Source of the DNA: an uncultured Methanosarcinales archaeon | GTDB lineage: Archaea > Nanobdellota > Nanobdellia > Woesearchaeales > CAZKBD01 | Direction: 5' to 3' | Length of the DNA stretch: 36,498 nucleotides | Assembly (NCBI GenBank): GCA_964550945.1 | Contig: CAZKBD010000009.1 | Coordinates: 1-36,498, forward strand | In this document: one piece after another, positions 18,801 through 28,200 of the stretch | Layout of the letters: each line of letters opens with the position of its first letter | Numbering within the stretch: the stretch's first letter is position 1 | Program-made: the position numbers and the translations under genes | Notes under the pieces: generated by a model | Database searches by the model: none | What the model was told of the DNA's origin: nothing | What the model saw: the letters and a program-made list of their open reading frames with translations, nothing else

Positions 18801-21800
18801 TGAAACCAGCAAAATAATCCCAAGTTAATGGGTTATTGTCTGGGTTATTTAAGCACGTTGCTATTGGACCTAGAGTATTAACAGAACAATCAACATTAGT
18901 TCCTGCTTGACAACCTAAAACACTATTACAAATCTCTGCACCATTGCACCAAAGGCTATCGTTGCATAAAGAATTAATGGGGTTGTGCTGGCAAGAGCCG
19001 CTTACACAAACATCAGCAGTACACCCAATAGCATCAACACAGCTAGCGTCAGCTCCTGGATTTTCATCAATTCCATTAACGCAATTATCATCTATTCCAT
19101 TGCAAATCTCAGTTGCACCCGGATGTACATTTGGATTGCCATCATTGCAATCTAGTTCTGGATATGTGCAAGCTGCATTTGCTGGATTTCCATAGCCATC
19201 CACATCGTTATCAATACATCTGCAGCTTGTTGTATCATTTGAAGGGTATGGATAGCACAACCAAGGATAAAAATCAACTATCCCTGATTCTGGATCATCA
19301 TAATAATCATAAATCCTGTTGCCTATCTCTTCTTGTACATTAGTTCCCCACCAGTTGTATTCTGCAGACATGCTTTCGTTTCCCTTAAAATTTGACAGAG
19401 CAGTAGCAGTGTTGTTTATGTTGTTGTACTCTATCCTATCACTGGCTGAACCCCCCATATAGAAAAAGAAACCAGTATCAGTAAGAGTAAGGTTATTGTA
19501 GATATACTCATTATAAGAGGAATATTGTACCCAAATGCCAACACCGCTTGTGTTTAAAAGGCGATTATACGCGAAAGTGTTGTTATGAGAGCTTGTTATG
19601 CGAACTCCCCAATCATAGTCTGAAATGTGATTGTTAAGTATTTTATTATCGTACGATTCTTGCAATATAAGACCATAAAATCCATTTGATATAAGATTAC
19701 CAGAAATTGTATTATTCAATGAGTAGGTTATGCTTAATCCAAAGTCATTGCTAAGCAAGCTGTTGTTGAAAACTAAATTATTATCAGATCCATGAACACT
19801 GCCGTCATAATAATATGCTAAGGAAATGCCGAGGTAATTTTCAGACAGGTTATTTTTGAAAATAGTAGTGTAGGAGCTCGCATTCAAAACAATACCTTCA
19901 GAAAAATTTTGTATGTTGCAGTTTTTTATTGTATTATTGAATTTATTATTAGCATATATACCGCGACCAGAACCATCCCCATTCAAAACAGCACTACCAC
20001 AATCCAGCACAACATTATCAGTGCCAATTGTTATTCCATTAAGCAAATTATAAGTCCCTGAACAGAAAGTTGTATGTTGAATAATAACAGCCCCATCTGT
20101 AGCGGGGTGCACACTAGCATTGTTATCATCACAGTCAAGTTCTGGATATGTGCAAGCTGCATTTGCTGGATTTCCATAGCCATCATCGTCATTATCAACG
20201 CAAATTATTGGAACTGTTGGATGATAGTCTACTCCATCTCCGGGTCCACTGATTTCATAATTAGGAAAGCCTGGATTTGATTGATAATCACTCCAGTAAT
20301 TCCCTGTATTGCTGTAGTTCCAGTTATTTTTGTATGTAGTTTCATTTTCATAAGCATTTATGGAGTTATTGATGAAATTATTATTCCAGAAATTGTTATA
20401 TGAACTCGGGGCAACTGATATGCCTCCCAGCCGGGCTCCAAAACCATTTCCTGTGAAATTATTCTTAGTAATATTATTGTTAGAGCTGATATGTATGTAA
20501 ACTCCGTATGAATTATTGTTCATAATATTTCCAGATAAAGTATTACCAGAACCCCCAAAAAAATCAATTCCATAATATTTGTTGTTATTTGCAATATTAT
20601 TTAGCATGGTGTTGTAAGAACCGATAAAAGAGCTTATTCCCCCACCTTCGTTGTTGTTTGCAATATTATTTGAGATTGTATTATTTCTGCAGCCCGAAAA
20701 TAGATGGATTCCATCATTGTTATTGTTTACAGTATTTCCTGACAGAGTATTGTTAGAGGAAACATGCAAATGAATTCCATAAAAATTATCTGAAGAGTTT
20801 ATAGCTGTAAAATACGAGTTCTCTGTTTTTGCAACAAGAACCCCATTATTCTTTAATGTTTTTGAGCCAATAATGGTTATATTTGTTATATTGGAATTGT
20901 CTGCATTGCATAAAATCAGTTCTGAGAGAACCTCGTCTTTTAAATAAACCGTAGAATTAAAGTATTTTAGCGGTCTGCCACCAGAGATATTATTATTCTC
21001 AATCAGATTATTGCAGTCTAAAGCTGAAGATGGATAAACGTTAATGTCCCACGCTGAGTTTTCTTTAACATTGTTGTTCAATACACTATTGTTAGAAGTA
21101 AAAGATAAATAGATTCCACTAAGGCTGTTATTAGTTACAGTATTGCCAGAAATAGTATTGCTAGAACCTGTGCTTAAACTAATTCCATTGCTGCTATTAA
21201 ATACATTATTGCCTGATATATTATTGTTGAAGCTCGATGATAAGTAGATTCCGTAAGCATTATTATTAGCTACAGTATTATTTAATAGATTGATATTGGA
21301 GCTTTGGGATAAGCTAATGCCCTGATAAAAGCTAACTAGATTGCAATTCTTAATAGTAACCCCTGCCCTACTGCTAATGCTTATTCCTGAACCTGATGAA
21401 GAGCTGTTTCCGTTTAAAATAGCATTATTACAATCTAAGACGGTGTTATTTGCTGCAATTGTTAAACCATTTGGTAGTATGTAAGTCCCTGAACAGAAAG
21501 TCGTGTTTTCAAATATGTTCATCCCATTTTGAGGAATGATGCATGATTCAGTATAATTATTGAATGCATTTTTTAAGCCATAATAAGCTTGTCGTGGCTG
21601 CATTATGTCTGGAGAAGTTCCATTATCAACAGTCCTCATAATGCCATACCATTCTTCATTTGAACATCCATCTGGGTGATTTGGAGTAGAATAAGCGCAG
21701 TTTGTTGTATGCACGCAAGGATCATTAGTGCTCCAATCCTTCTGCCATTCATCTGAATAGGCCATGACTGTACCTCCCATTGAATTTGCTGCAATCTCTC

Positions 21801-23307
21801 TCCACATATTTAAGTCCCATTCTGATTGAGCATGTTCATATTCAGCTCCAGCAGTATTATTCAAAGCATCTATGCCATATTCAGAAAGCCATAATGGCTT
21901 TTGAGTCATAACACCATAATCATCAAAAAAGGAGCCAAAAGAATAACCTCTGTAGGCATTTATTCCCCAAGAATCAACATAATTTAAGGAAGCGTCATCT
22001 GCTTTAGCTCCGGCGCTTCCAATATAGCCTAGATCACCATTGACAATTGTAGCAGGATGATACGTATCATTCTCTTCGATATAAGCTACTTTTGCTAACT
22101 CATTTGCCAATGAATACCACTCAGCCATATCTCCTGTATAGAACAGATTATTTTCATTGCCAATAACCCACATAAGCACAGCAGGATGATCCTTAAATTG
22201 ATGAACATAATCCTTAAACTGAGTTTTGTAAGATTCTATTGTTGCTGGATCTCCATAATCTATGCTTGGATTATCATTGCTTGATGGAATATAAAATCCC
22301 ATAGCAACATATATAGGATTAGTTCCATTGTTGTATGCAGCGTTGAGGAAGTTTACGTTTGTTACTTTTCCCCAAGTCCGTATTGTATTGGTATTCATAT
22401 CTCTTAAAAGACTGAAATCTCTATTGTAAACCTCTGGATGAGAAAAGAAATCATAACTATAATCTCCACATATTGGTATTGGCTGATAACCAACTCCCTT
22501 CATTAAAAAGGGTTTGTTGTTGACAAACAAGCCTGAGCTGTTTATTTGTACAGGCCCTGTGCTTTGGTTTTTTGCAGAAGGAACAATTGGAGGAGTATAG
22601 TTGATCATCTCGTTATAGTCCTGTATTATCTGCGCGCTTGATATCATGTAATCGTATATTTTAAGCTCGTCTATGTATGCGTCTGCTCTTTCATACCAAC
22701 CGACATCTCCTACTGTGAAAGATGTATCTGAAGGATTAAATGGTATATTCATGCCTGACCAATCTCCATTTGGCACAATTACTCCATTTCTATATACCCT
22801 CATAATGTCGCTTCCGCCAGTGTTAAACTTGTATGTAATCACTATGTTTGTCCACTCTCCGATTGAAAATGAATTTTCTCTGGATAACGGGCCATGTTGT
22901 AAACTACTATCATCTTTAACTTCAAAATAAACATAATTTGTTGCCAAGTTCCTGAAAATAGCCATGCTTGAAGCAGTGCCAAGTTGTCCAAAATCAAAGT
23001 AACCATTTCCTCCATTACCAGAAGCTCCATTATTAAACGAGACTGGTTTAATCCAAAGAGAAACGCTCCCTTGGCTTTTATTGATATTATTCAAAACAGG
23101 ATAAGTCAATGAGCTGCCAGAGCCAAAGTTTGATGCATTGCCTTTTATACCTTGTCCAAAAGATGTAACAGAGCATGAAATGCAACCATTTGTACTAAGA
23201 GAATTAGCATTGTCAAAGCTCTCGTAAAAGATTAAAGAATCTGCGTTGATTAAGGGCATAACTAATAAAATAAAAAAAATCAAACTTATAATTTGAAATA
23301 ATCTCAC
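15877..23307 (-). CDS. Giant secreted multidomain glycoside hydrolase: LamG-like, clan GH-A TIM barrel (GH2-like), three NosD/CASH beta-helix blocks, MopE-related motifs, second LamG-like, Ig/cadherin-like, tandem GWNL...GYW tail
   Basis: ORF of ~2476 aa. RBS GAGGGGG 6 nt before GTG at 23307 (the track start at 23322 overlaps the RBS). Motifs IDELKIYD, KGVGYQP, NTIRTW, HPAVLMWVIGNENN, KPLWLSEYG, GNYWSDY and many GIxLxxSxNNxIxxN repeats. Confidence 0.88.
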   Translation of the reverse strand: MRLFQIISLIFFILLVMPLINADSLIFYESFDNANSLSTNGCISCSVTSFGQGIKGNASNFGSGSSLTYPVLNNINKSQGSVSLWIKPVSFNNGASGNGGNGYFDFGQLGTASSMAIFRNLATNYVYFEVKDDSSLQHGPLSRENSFSIGEWTNIVITYKFNTGGSDIMRVYRNGVIVPNGDWSGMNIPFNPSDTSFTVGDVGWYERADAYIDELKIYDYMISSAQIIQDYNEMINYTPPIVPSAKNQSTGPVQINSSGLFVNNKPFLMKGVGYQPIPICGDYSYDFFSHPEVYNRDFSLLRDMNTNTIRTWGKVTNVNFLNAAYNNGTNPIYVAMGFYIPSSNDNPSIDYGDPATIESYKTQFKDYVHQFKDHPAVLMWVIGNENNLFYTGDMAEWYSLANELAKVAYIEENDTYHPATIVNGDLGYIGSAGAKADDASLNYVDSWGINAYRGYSFGSFFDDYGVMTQKPLWLSEYGIDALNNTAGAEYEHAQSEWDLNMWREIAANSMGGTVMAYSDEWQKDWSTNDPCVHTTNCAYSTPNHPDGCSNEEWYGIMRTVDNGTSPDIMQPRQAYYGLKNAFNNYTESCIIPQNGMNIFENTTFCSGTYILPNGLTIAANNTVLDCNNAILNGNSSSSGSGISISSRAGVTIKNCNLVSFYQGISLSQSSNINLLNNTVANNNAYGIYLSSSFNNNISGNNVFNSSNGISLSTGSSNTISGNTVTNNSLSGIYLSFTSNNSVLNNNVKENSAWDINVYPSSALDCNNLIENNNISGGRPLKYFNSTVYLKDEVLSELILCNADNSNITNITIIGSKTLKNNGVLVAKTENSYFTAINSSDNFYGIHLHVSSNNTLSGNTVNNNNDGIHLFSGCRNNTISNNIANNNEGGGISSFIGSYNTMLNNIANNNKYYGIDFFGGSGNTLSGNIMNNNSYGVYIHISSNNNITKNNFTGNGFGARLGGISVAPSSYNNFWNNNFINNSINAYENETTYKNNWNYSNTGNYWSDYQSNPGFPNYEISGPGDGVDYHPTVPIICVDNDDDGYGNPANAACTYPELDCDDNNASVHPATDGAVIIQHTTFCSGTYNLLNGITIGTDNVVLDCGSAVLNGDGSGRGIYANNKFNNTIKNCNIQNFSEGIVLNASSYTTIFKNNLSENYLGISLAYYYDGSVHGSDNNLVFNNSLLSNDFGLSITYSLNNTISGNLISNGFYGLILQESYDNKILNNHISDYDWGVRITSSHNNTFAYNRLLNTSGVGIWVQYSSYNEYIYNNLTLTDTGFFFYMGGSASDRIEYNNINNTATALSNFKGNESMSAEYNWWGTNVQEEIGNRIYDYYDDPESGIVDFYPWLCYPYPSNDTTSCRCIDNDVDGYGNPANAACTYPELDCNDGNPNVHPGATEICNGIDDNCVNGIDENPGADASCVDAIGCTADVCVSGSCQHNPINSLCNDSLWCNGAEICNSVLGCQAGTNVDCSVNTLGPIATCLNNPDNNPLTWDYFAGFTSGCNEASDSCTTGTVALTHSCSITNCSAECEINNDCDDGNSSTNDFCSGCSCHFEVLSEEGLLFYESFDNLSSIILNNGAVNGTVNGTATFFYGIRDKAFNGTSSSFASYPIADNFPSSNGTIEFWFKKRVSQTSSGYFDIGRLSGLHANSMGIFGDEGTSTGIITEIRNSAANMTQMWDGTPGKYKWHYVAFTWGTSGTDCYTGRTYIDGSAGSNSQFCSFYPDITKYMWIGRNYYYGYGDSYVDEFKIYNYAKNITDITTEYQETLVQNVPIIIDYSPASNISFVDVGATQEFSIDSFSPRGLDLNITWFVEGIPVKSEIGTSSTLSYTINHQGTDRITVVVTDVNGFFSSKEWFLVGVDDTSDCVVPVNGMIITENATLCPGKYYLPDGLNTDATDIVVNCDNTLIYGTKSGTAIKVYHPYNEITNCRIENYNTGILLNNNYERIIANTFVNNSLDISTHKVDDTGTSNHLIKGNTLIGNSNTGFTGWHSYNNTIIDNILRGSYYTGFSLYDTTYSLFMNNSVYDCSQGFRIWWYSYYNNYINNTIKHCSTGFYFDHYSSNGIFKGNNVSGGSTGFSHSSTYYGVTYNNVFDANDIRNNTYGFSLGASVNSTIKNNFIVNNQYGLTFPSSKNNTVYHNNIINNLHQVGLTANNTWDNGMEGNYWSDYDQEIEDCFDLNVDGICDSPYYINNSNESDNYPLTQESGWLLINHAPVLEYIADITVNETKTVSITAIAGDIDEDELSYSINNSRFVQNDNVFSWQTQSGDAGEYHVNITVSDGESSDSQDLVITVLEYTIQALNIDLVSGWNLISIPAVLVDNSLPSALSSIEGNYNIVFEYDASDVGHEWKSYTPERPAFLNTLTELKPEFGYWIKMDNSDSLEINGTIMNGAVVDLAQGWNLIGYPSLEEENLTIAFTDIMSNLELVFAWKEGIWESYSTARPGFLNTLTTMKPGYGYWVKVNQNMSLTIP
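19154..19200. repeat. 47-bp exact intragenic repeat encoding DGYGNPANAACTYPE (other copy 20138..20184; 35-bp partial copy near 24754..24788)
   Basis: agttctggatatgtgcaagctgcatttgctggatttccatagccatc is present at both positions. Confidence 0.9.
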
Positions 23308-23342
23308 ATTAAACCCCCTCAAAATAGTTTCCCAAAATCCAC

Positions 23343-25187
23343 TTATGGAATTGTCAAGCTTGTGTCTGCATTTACCTTAACCCAATAGCCATAATTAGGC
23401 TGCATTGTTGCTAAAGTGTTCAAAAATGAAGGCCTTTCTGGGCTGTAGCTTTTCCATTCGTTGCCTGCGTCAATAGATTTGTATTGGAATACAGACTCTA
23501 GATCATCGCTTATTGGTGCAAAGAGGTCTTCTAAATCTGTTTCTGTAAGGGTCGGATATCCAATCAAATTCCATCCTTGCTTTAGATTGATAGATGTGCT
23601 GTCTGGAACTGCTCCTCGCAGCTCCAAAATATCATCTTGCGTCATATCTACCCAATAGCCCAATTCAGGAGTAATCTCTGTTAAAGTATTCAAGAATCCA
23701 GGCCTTGCAGGATTAAAGCTCTTCCATTCATTTCCAACATCATTTGCATCATACGCAAAAACAACATTATAATTGCCTTCAATTGAAGACAACGGAGCAG
23801 GTAAAGTACCGTTAACTAAACTTAATGGTGTTGAGATTAGGTTCCAGCCTTCATACAGCTGAATATCTATCTGAGTGCATCTTGGGTCACCATAGCCGAT
23901 TACCGGTGCTCCGCATGAGTTAGTTGTACATGTGCATCCACTTTGACAGGTGTTGGAAATATCTGCATAATCACGATAATCACTTCCAACACAACCATCT
24001 AAATGATCACATTCTGTTAGAGAACAGTCATTATTTATTTCACATCCTGCGCTGCATTGCTCAATATCGCAGCTATGTGTTATTGTTGCACTTCCTGTTG
24101 TGCAAGAGTCGGTTGCTTCGTTGCAAACTGATGCGAATAAAAGCCTAAAATCCCAGGTTAAAGGATTATTGTCTGGGTTGTTAGAGCAGGTTGCAATTCC
24201 GGGAAGGTTATTAGCAGAACAGTTTATAGATGTTCCTGCCTGGCATCCTAAAACGCTGTTGCATGTTTCTGCACCATTGCACCAGAGGCTATCGCTACAT
24301 AAACTGTTTTGAGGGCTATGATCACAGCTGTCAGATGCTTCATTACAGCTGTCTGTTGTGCATGACACATTATCAGCACAATTTAGTGAGGTTCCTGCCT
24401 GGCATCCTGGTAATCCAGCGCAAACTTCTTGTCCATTACACCATAATCCATCACTGCAAAGAGCGTTTCCACCTTCATCAGTGCTTGAATCGCAATCATT
24501 GTCTAAGCCATCGCATGTAGATTCAGTAGATTGGTAATTTGGGCCGTAACTTGCAGCATTGCATGCTAACCATCCACTTACTCCGCCGCATTGCTGCATA
24601 GCTCCTGAACATACGCCAGCCTGTAATGAGCATAAAGCTCCTACTAAGCTTTCATCAACACCATTAACACAATTATCATCTATACCATTACAAACCTCAG
24701 TTGCACCTGGATGCACATTTGTATTATTATCATTACAGTCCAATTCTGGATGAGTGCAAGCTGCATTTGCTGGATTTCCATAGCCATCTCCATCATTATC
24801 CACGCATGTGCTAATAACGATATCTAGTCTTGTCAAGCCGCCAGAATGCCATACACCAGTTTGTGGCGCATCAATTCCGTTTACATTAATAACAACAATA
24901 TCCCCTTCTTCTCCGCCTTCTTTTGTTGCATTTGTATGTATATCATCACCATTAACAATAAGATTATAATAACCTGACTGGTTAACACCTTGCTGGGTTT
25001 GAGTGGTTTGAGGATAAGCCACGCCATCAATAAATGCCTGCACAGTTAATCCATTAGGAGCTGGAGCTCCATCTATAGTCACAGTACCCCAGAATGTAGA
25101 TGGTACTGGAGGCTGTTTTTCACCACCCGCCACAGAAACAGATAATAAAATACTAATTATCACTAAAACTAAACTTATTTTTTTCAT
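23343..25187 (-). CDS. Secreted non-catalytic protein carrying both the PxxFWG head and the tandem GWNL...GYW tail, joined by MopE-related and Cys-rich modules
   Basis: 614 aa with RBS AAGGGGGA and signal peptide. Head PPVPSTFWGTVTIDGAPAPNG; tail repeats LYEGWNLISTP...ELGYWV and LKQGWNLIGYP...NYGYWVKV. Confidence 0.9.
   Translation of the reverse strand: MKKISLVLVIISILLSVSVAGGEKQPPVPSTFWGTVTIDGAPAPNGLTVQAFIDGVAYPQTTQTQQGVNQSGYYNLIVNGDDIHTNATKEGGEEGDIVVINVNGIDAPQTGVWHSGGLTRLDIVISTCVDNDGDGYGNPANAACTHPELDCNDNNTNVHPGATEVCNGIDDNCVNGVDESLVGALCSLQAGVCSGAMQQCGGVSGWLACNAASYGPNYQSTESTCDGLDNDCDSSTDEGGNALCSDGLWCNGQEVCAGLPGCQAGTSLNCADNVSCTTDSCNEASDSCDHSPQNSLCSDSLWCNGAETCNSVLGCQAGTSINCSANNLPGIATCSNNPDNNPLTWDFRLLFASVCNEATDSCTTGSATITHSCDIEQCSAGCEINNDCSLTECDHLDGCVGSDYRDYADISNTCQSGCTCTTNSCGAPVIGYGDPRCTQIDIQLYEGWNLISTPLSLVNGTLPAPLSSIEGNYNVVFAYDANDVGNEWKSFNPARPGFLNTLTEITPELGYWVDMTQDDILELRGAVPDSTSINLKQGWNLIGYPTLTETDLEDLFAPISDDLESVFQYKSIDAGNEWKSYSPERPSFLNTLATMQPNYGYWVKVNADTSLTIP
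23652..23851. repeat. 200-bp exact repeat shared with 30217..30416; its inner 113 bp (23737..23849) is also at 25650..25762
   Basis: Direct comparison, offset 6565. Encodes the first GWNL...GYW repeat. Confidence 0.95.
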
Positions 25188-25223
25188 TTAAATCCCCCCT
25201 TAGTTTATGGAATCTCTTTTGAT

Positions 25224-25241
25224 ATTAAATAGTTTTCTATT
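25224..25241 (-). promoter_or_regulatory. 18-bp BRE-TATA element, identical to 15822..15839
   Basis: Minus strand AATAGAAAACTATTTAAT upstream of the RBS of the 614-aa gene. Confidence 0.65.
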
Positions 25242-25255
25242 CAAAATCATAATAA

Positions 25256-28200
25256 TCACGGGATTATAGGGATTGTATCTTCATCAACTTTAACCCAATA
25301 ACCATAACCAGGCTGCACAACATTTAGTGTATTCAAGAATGAAGGCCTATCAGGACTATAGCTTTTCCATTCATCACCATCATCAATAGCTTTATACTGG
25401 AATATAGTCCCTAGACCATCTCCAAGCGGCGCAAATAACTCTTCTGCATTGGTTTCTGTAAGGGTCGGATATCCAATCAAATTCCATCCTTGTTTTAGAT
25501 TAAATGTTGTGTTTGATGTAACTATCCCTTGCAGCTCCAAAACATCATCTGAGGTCATATCTATCCAATAACCTAAATTAGGGCTTAGTGCTGTTAAATT
25601 ATTAAGGAATGCTGGCCTTGCAGGATTATAAGACTTCCATTCATTGCCGACATCATTTGCATCATACGCAAAAACAACATTATAATTGCCTTCAATTGAA
25701 GACAACGGAGCAGGTAAAGTACCGTTAACTAAACTTAATGGTGTTGAGATTAGGTTCCAGCCGGTATTTAATGGTATATCAAACACTTTATTTAAAGTGA
25801 TATTAAAATTCTCTATGTTGTTTGTTTCATTTCTTTCACTTATTAAATCTCCAGGATCGATTATCCAACTGAGTTCATGCTCTCCAATCGTTCCATTATA
25901 ATCAAATTCTAAATTTAGGCGGGAATTATTTGTGATTGATGCGTTTCTTATGTCATACAAATCATCATCAACATCAAATTCGACAAAAATATTTGATAGA
26001 TTATTATGCCCTGAATTTTCAATTACCACTTCAATAATTGCAGTTTCTCCTTCTCTGATGCTACCCTGTGTTAAATTTACAAAAGAAAAGTATAAATCAG
26101 TACAATCAGGATCTATCCCGCTTAAACAATCAGGATCACATCCATTGTCTTCTGCATTGTTGCAGATATTGTCATGGGCATAGCTTATACAATCGCCTGG
26201 GCAGCCATAAAAGTTCTCCCAAAAACCTGGCTCACAAATTGAATTATTGTTGCAGAAATTTATTTCTTTTGAAAAAATTAATGAATTATTGTGATAAAGT
26301 TGAACTGATTTCATTGAATCTTTATAACCCACCCGGTCATAGAACCATGTTGAATTAGTTACTTCTGGCGGATCAGAAAGAATAACAAAATATATTTCAA
26401 AATTTCTTTCATAGACCGTGTCATTATTGTTATCTGATATTTTAAAACTGTAAGTGCCCTCTTGAGAGTCATTTGTCAATGGTTCGCCAAAAGTTACACC
26501 TTCATTTTCCAAAGACACACTGCCATTATTGTAGAGAACTAAACTAATTTCAATAACAGAAACATTTTCTGCAGAAGTTCTTTCTAATACTTTTGTTTGG
26601 AACGTCTTCTGCTGTGTTGTTCTGCATTGGAGTTGAGGCTTCAACCCAAAATAGGCGTATTCATTTGAATCATAATGCCCGGCTTCCCCACTTAAAATAA
26701 GATTTGACATTGTAGTCCTTTGGCCAGTATCAAGAAATCCATCTAGATCTGTGTCTTCTCCGTAAATATCAAAATTCCCATTGCATCCCCGTTTGCAGAA
26801 AGGGGTGAGATCTGCTGACCAACAACAAGAACCAGACTTATCGCACCCTAATCTGATGTCAAAAGGATTTGGACTTCCAGGGCCAGGACCACATAAAGGC
26901 CAACAGTCACAATACTGGTCAGCCAAATCAAATTTATGCCCCATCTCATGCGTTACAATGCCTACTGAATCAGTTTGAGCTATAATAGAGGGATTAATCG
27001 AACTTGCCCACCCCCCAACATTGTAATTGCATAACACTATTAAAGAACCCTGGGCTACATCTTGGTCCGTTATACCGACAATATAATCATAATTGTTTCC
27101 TGTCGCAGATTTGTAATCATCTCCACAACCTTTCAAAATTCCAAGTGTAGAGAGTCCATCAAAACAATGTGGTTGTAGTGGATAGCTTGAAGTATATTTA
27201 TCACATTGGTTGTCTATCCAAAATAATCCATAGTTTTTCCACTCAGGTATCACAAATTTAAATTGCTCAGGACACATATGTAAAGGTATTCTTTCCAAGA
27301 AATAGTGAGAAACCCTATATGCTTCTTGCTTGTACTCTTCAAAAGTTCCCTCCCAGTCAAATGGCAAGATTAAAATGGTTAGTGAGGGTTCTTCCTGAAT
27401 AGTGCACCTCTCAGCACACCCTTCCCTTCCAGCATCATTCCACATTCCTGGCCAGTCGCACTTATTGCTAGAGCCAACATTACTTCCTTGGTTATTAGTC
27501 AATAGTTGGAAGTCTATATTTTCATTTGCTGGGCAGAAATTGTTATGGATTATTGAATTAGAGTGGCTATTAGCGCTTAGACCTATACCTGCCTCATTGT
27601 GGTAGACATCATTATCTTGTATAGTATTCTCATCAGAATAAACCAGGTACAACCCATGATATTTACTTCCAGAAACATTATTGTAGAATATGTTATTCTT
27701 GTTTGAGTCCTTGCTAAATATGCCCTGATCATTATTTTCTAATCTATTCCCTGTGAGAACAGAATAATTTGAATTATCCATCTCTATACCGTTTACATAA
27801 TATTTAACAATGCAGCTTTTTACAGTTAACCCTTTTCTGTTTTTAATGCTAATGCCACTTCTACTGCCAGTTCCGATTAATGCTGCCCCATTGCAATTAA
27901 CGGCTATATTATCTGCTCCAATTGAAATCCCATTTGACAGATAGTAATCTCCTGGACAAAAAATAGTGCTTTGGGTTACATCCATATTATCTTCTGGTAT
28001 AACACATTCTGAGCAGCTGCCATCAGCATTACAAAAATGGCTGGGATCACATCCACAAACATTACAATTGTTGATTAAATCTCCATTATCACAATACAAT
28101 GGTTTTGTTGATGAGCATTGGTTGTCTGGCGTATTATCCAAACAAGATTGCGGAATACTTGCACCATATATCTTACCTAAAATTTTGAATAACTTATTTT

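Noticed and set aside
16780..21540. NosD-like repeats as a nitrous-oxide reductase accessory gene or a pectate lyase
   Set aside because: Generic Asn-ladder beta-helix repeats inside a surface protein; no nos genes or recognisable catalytic motif.
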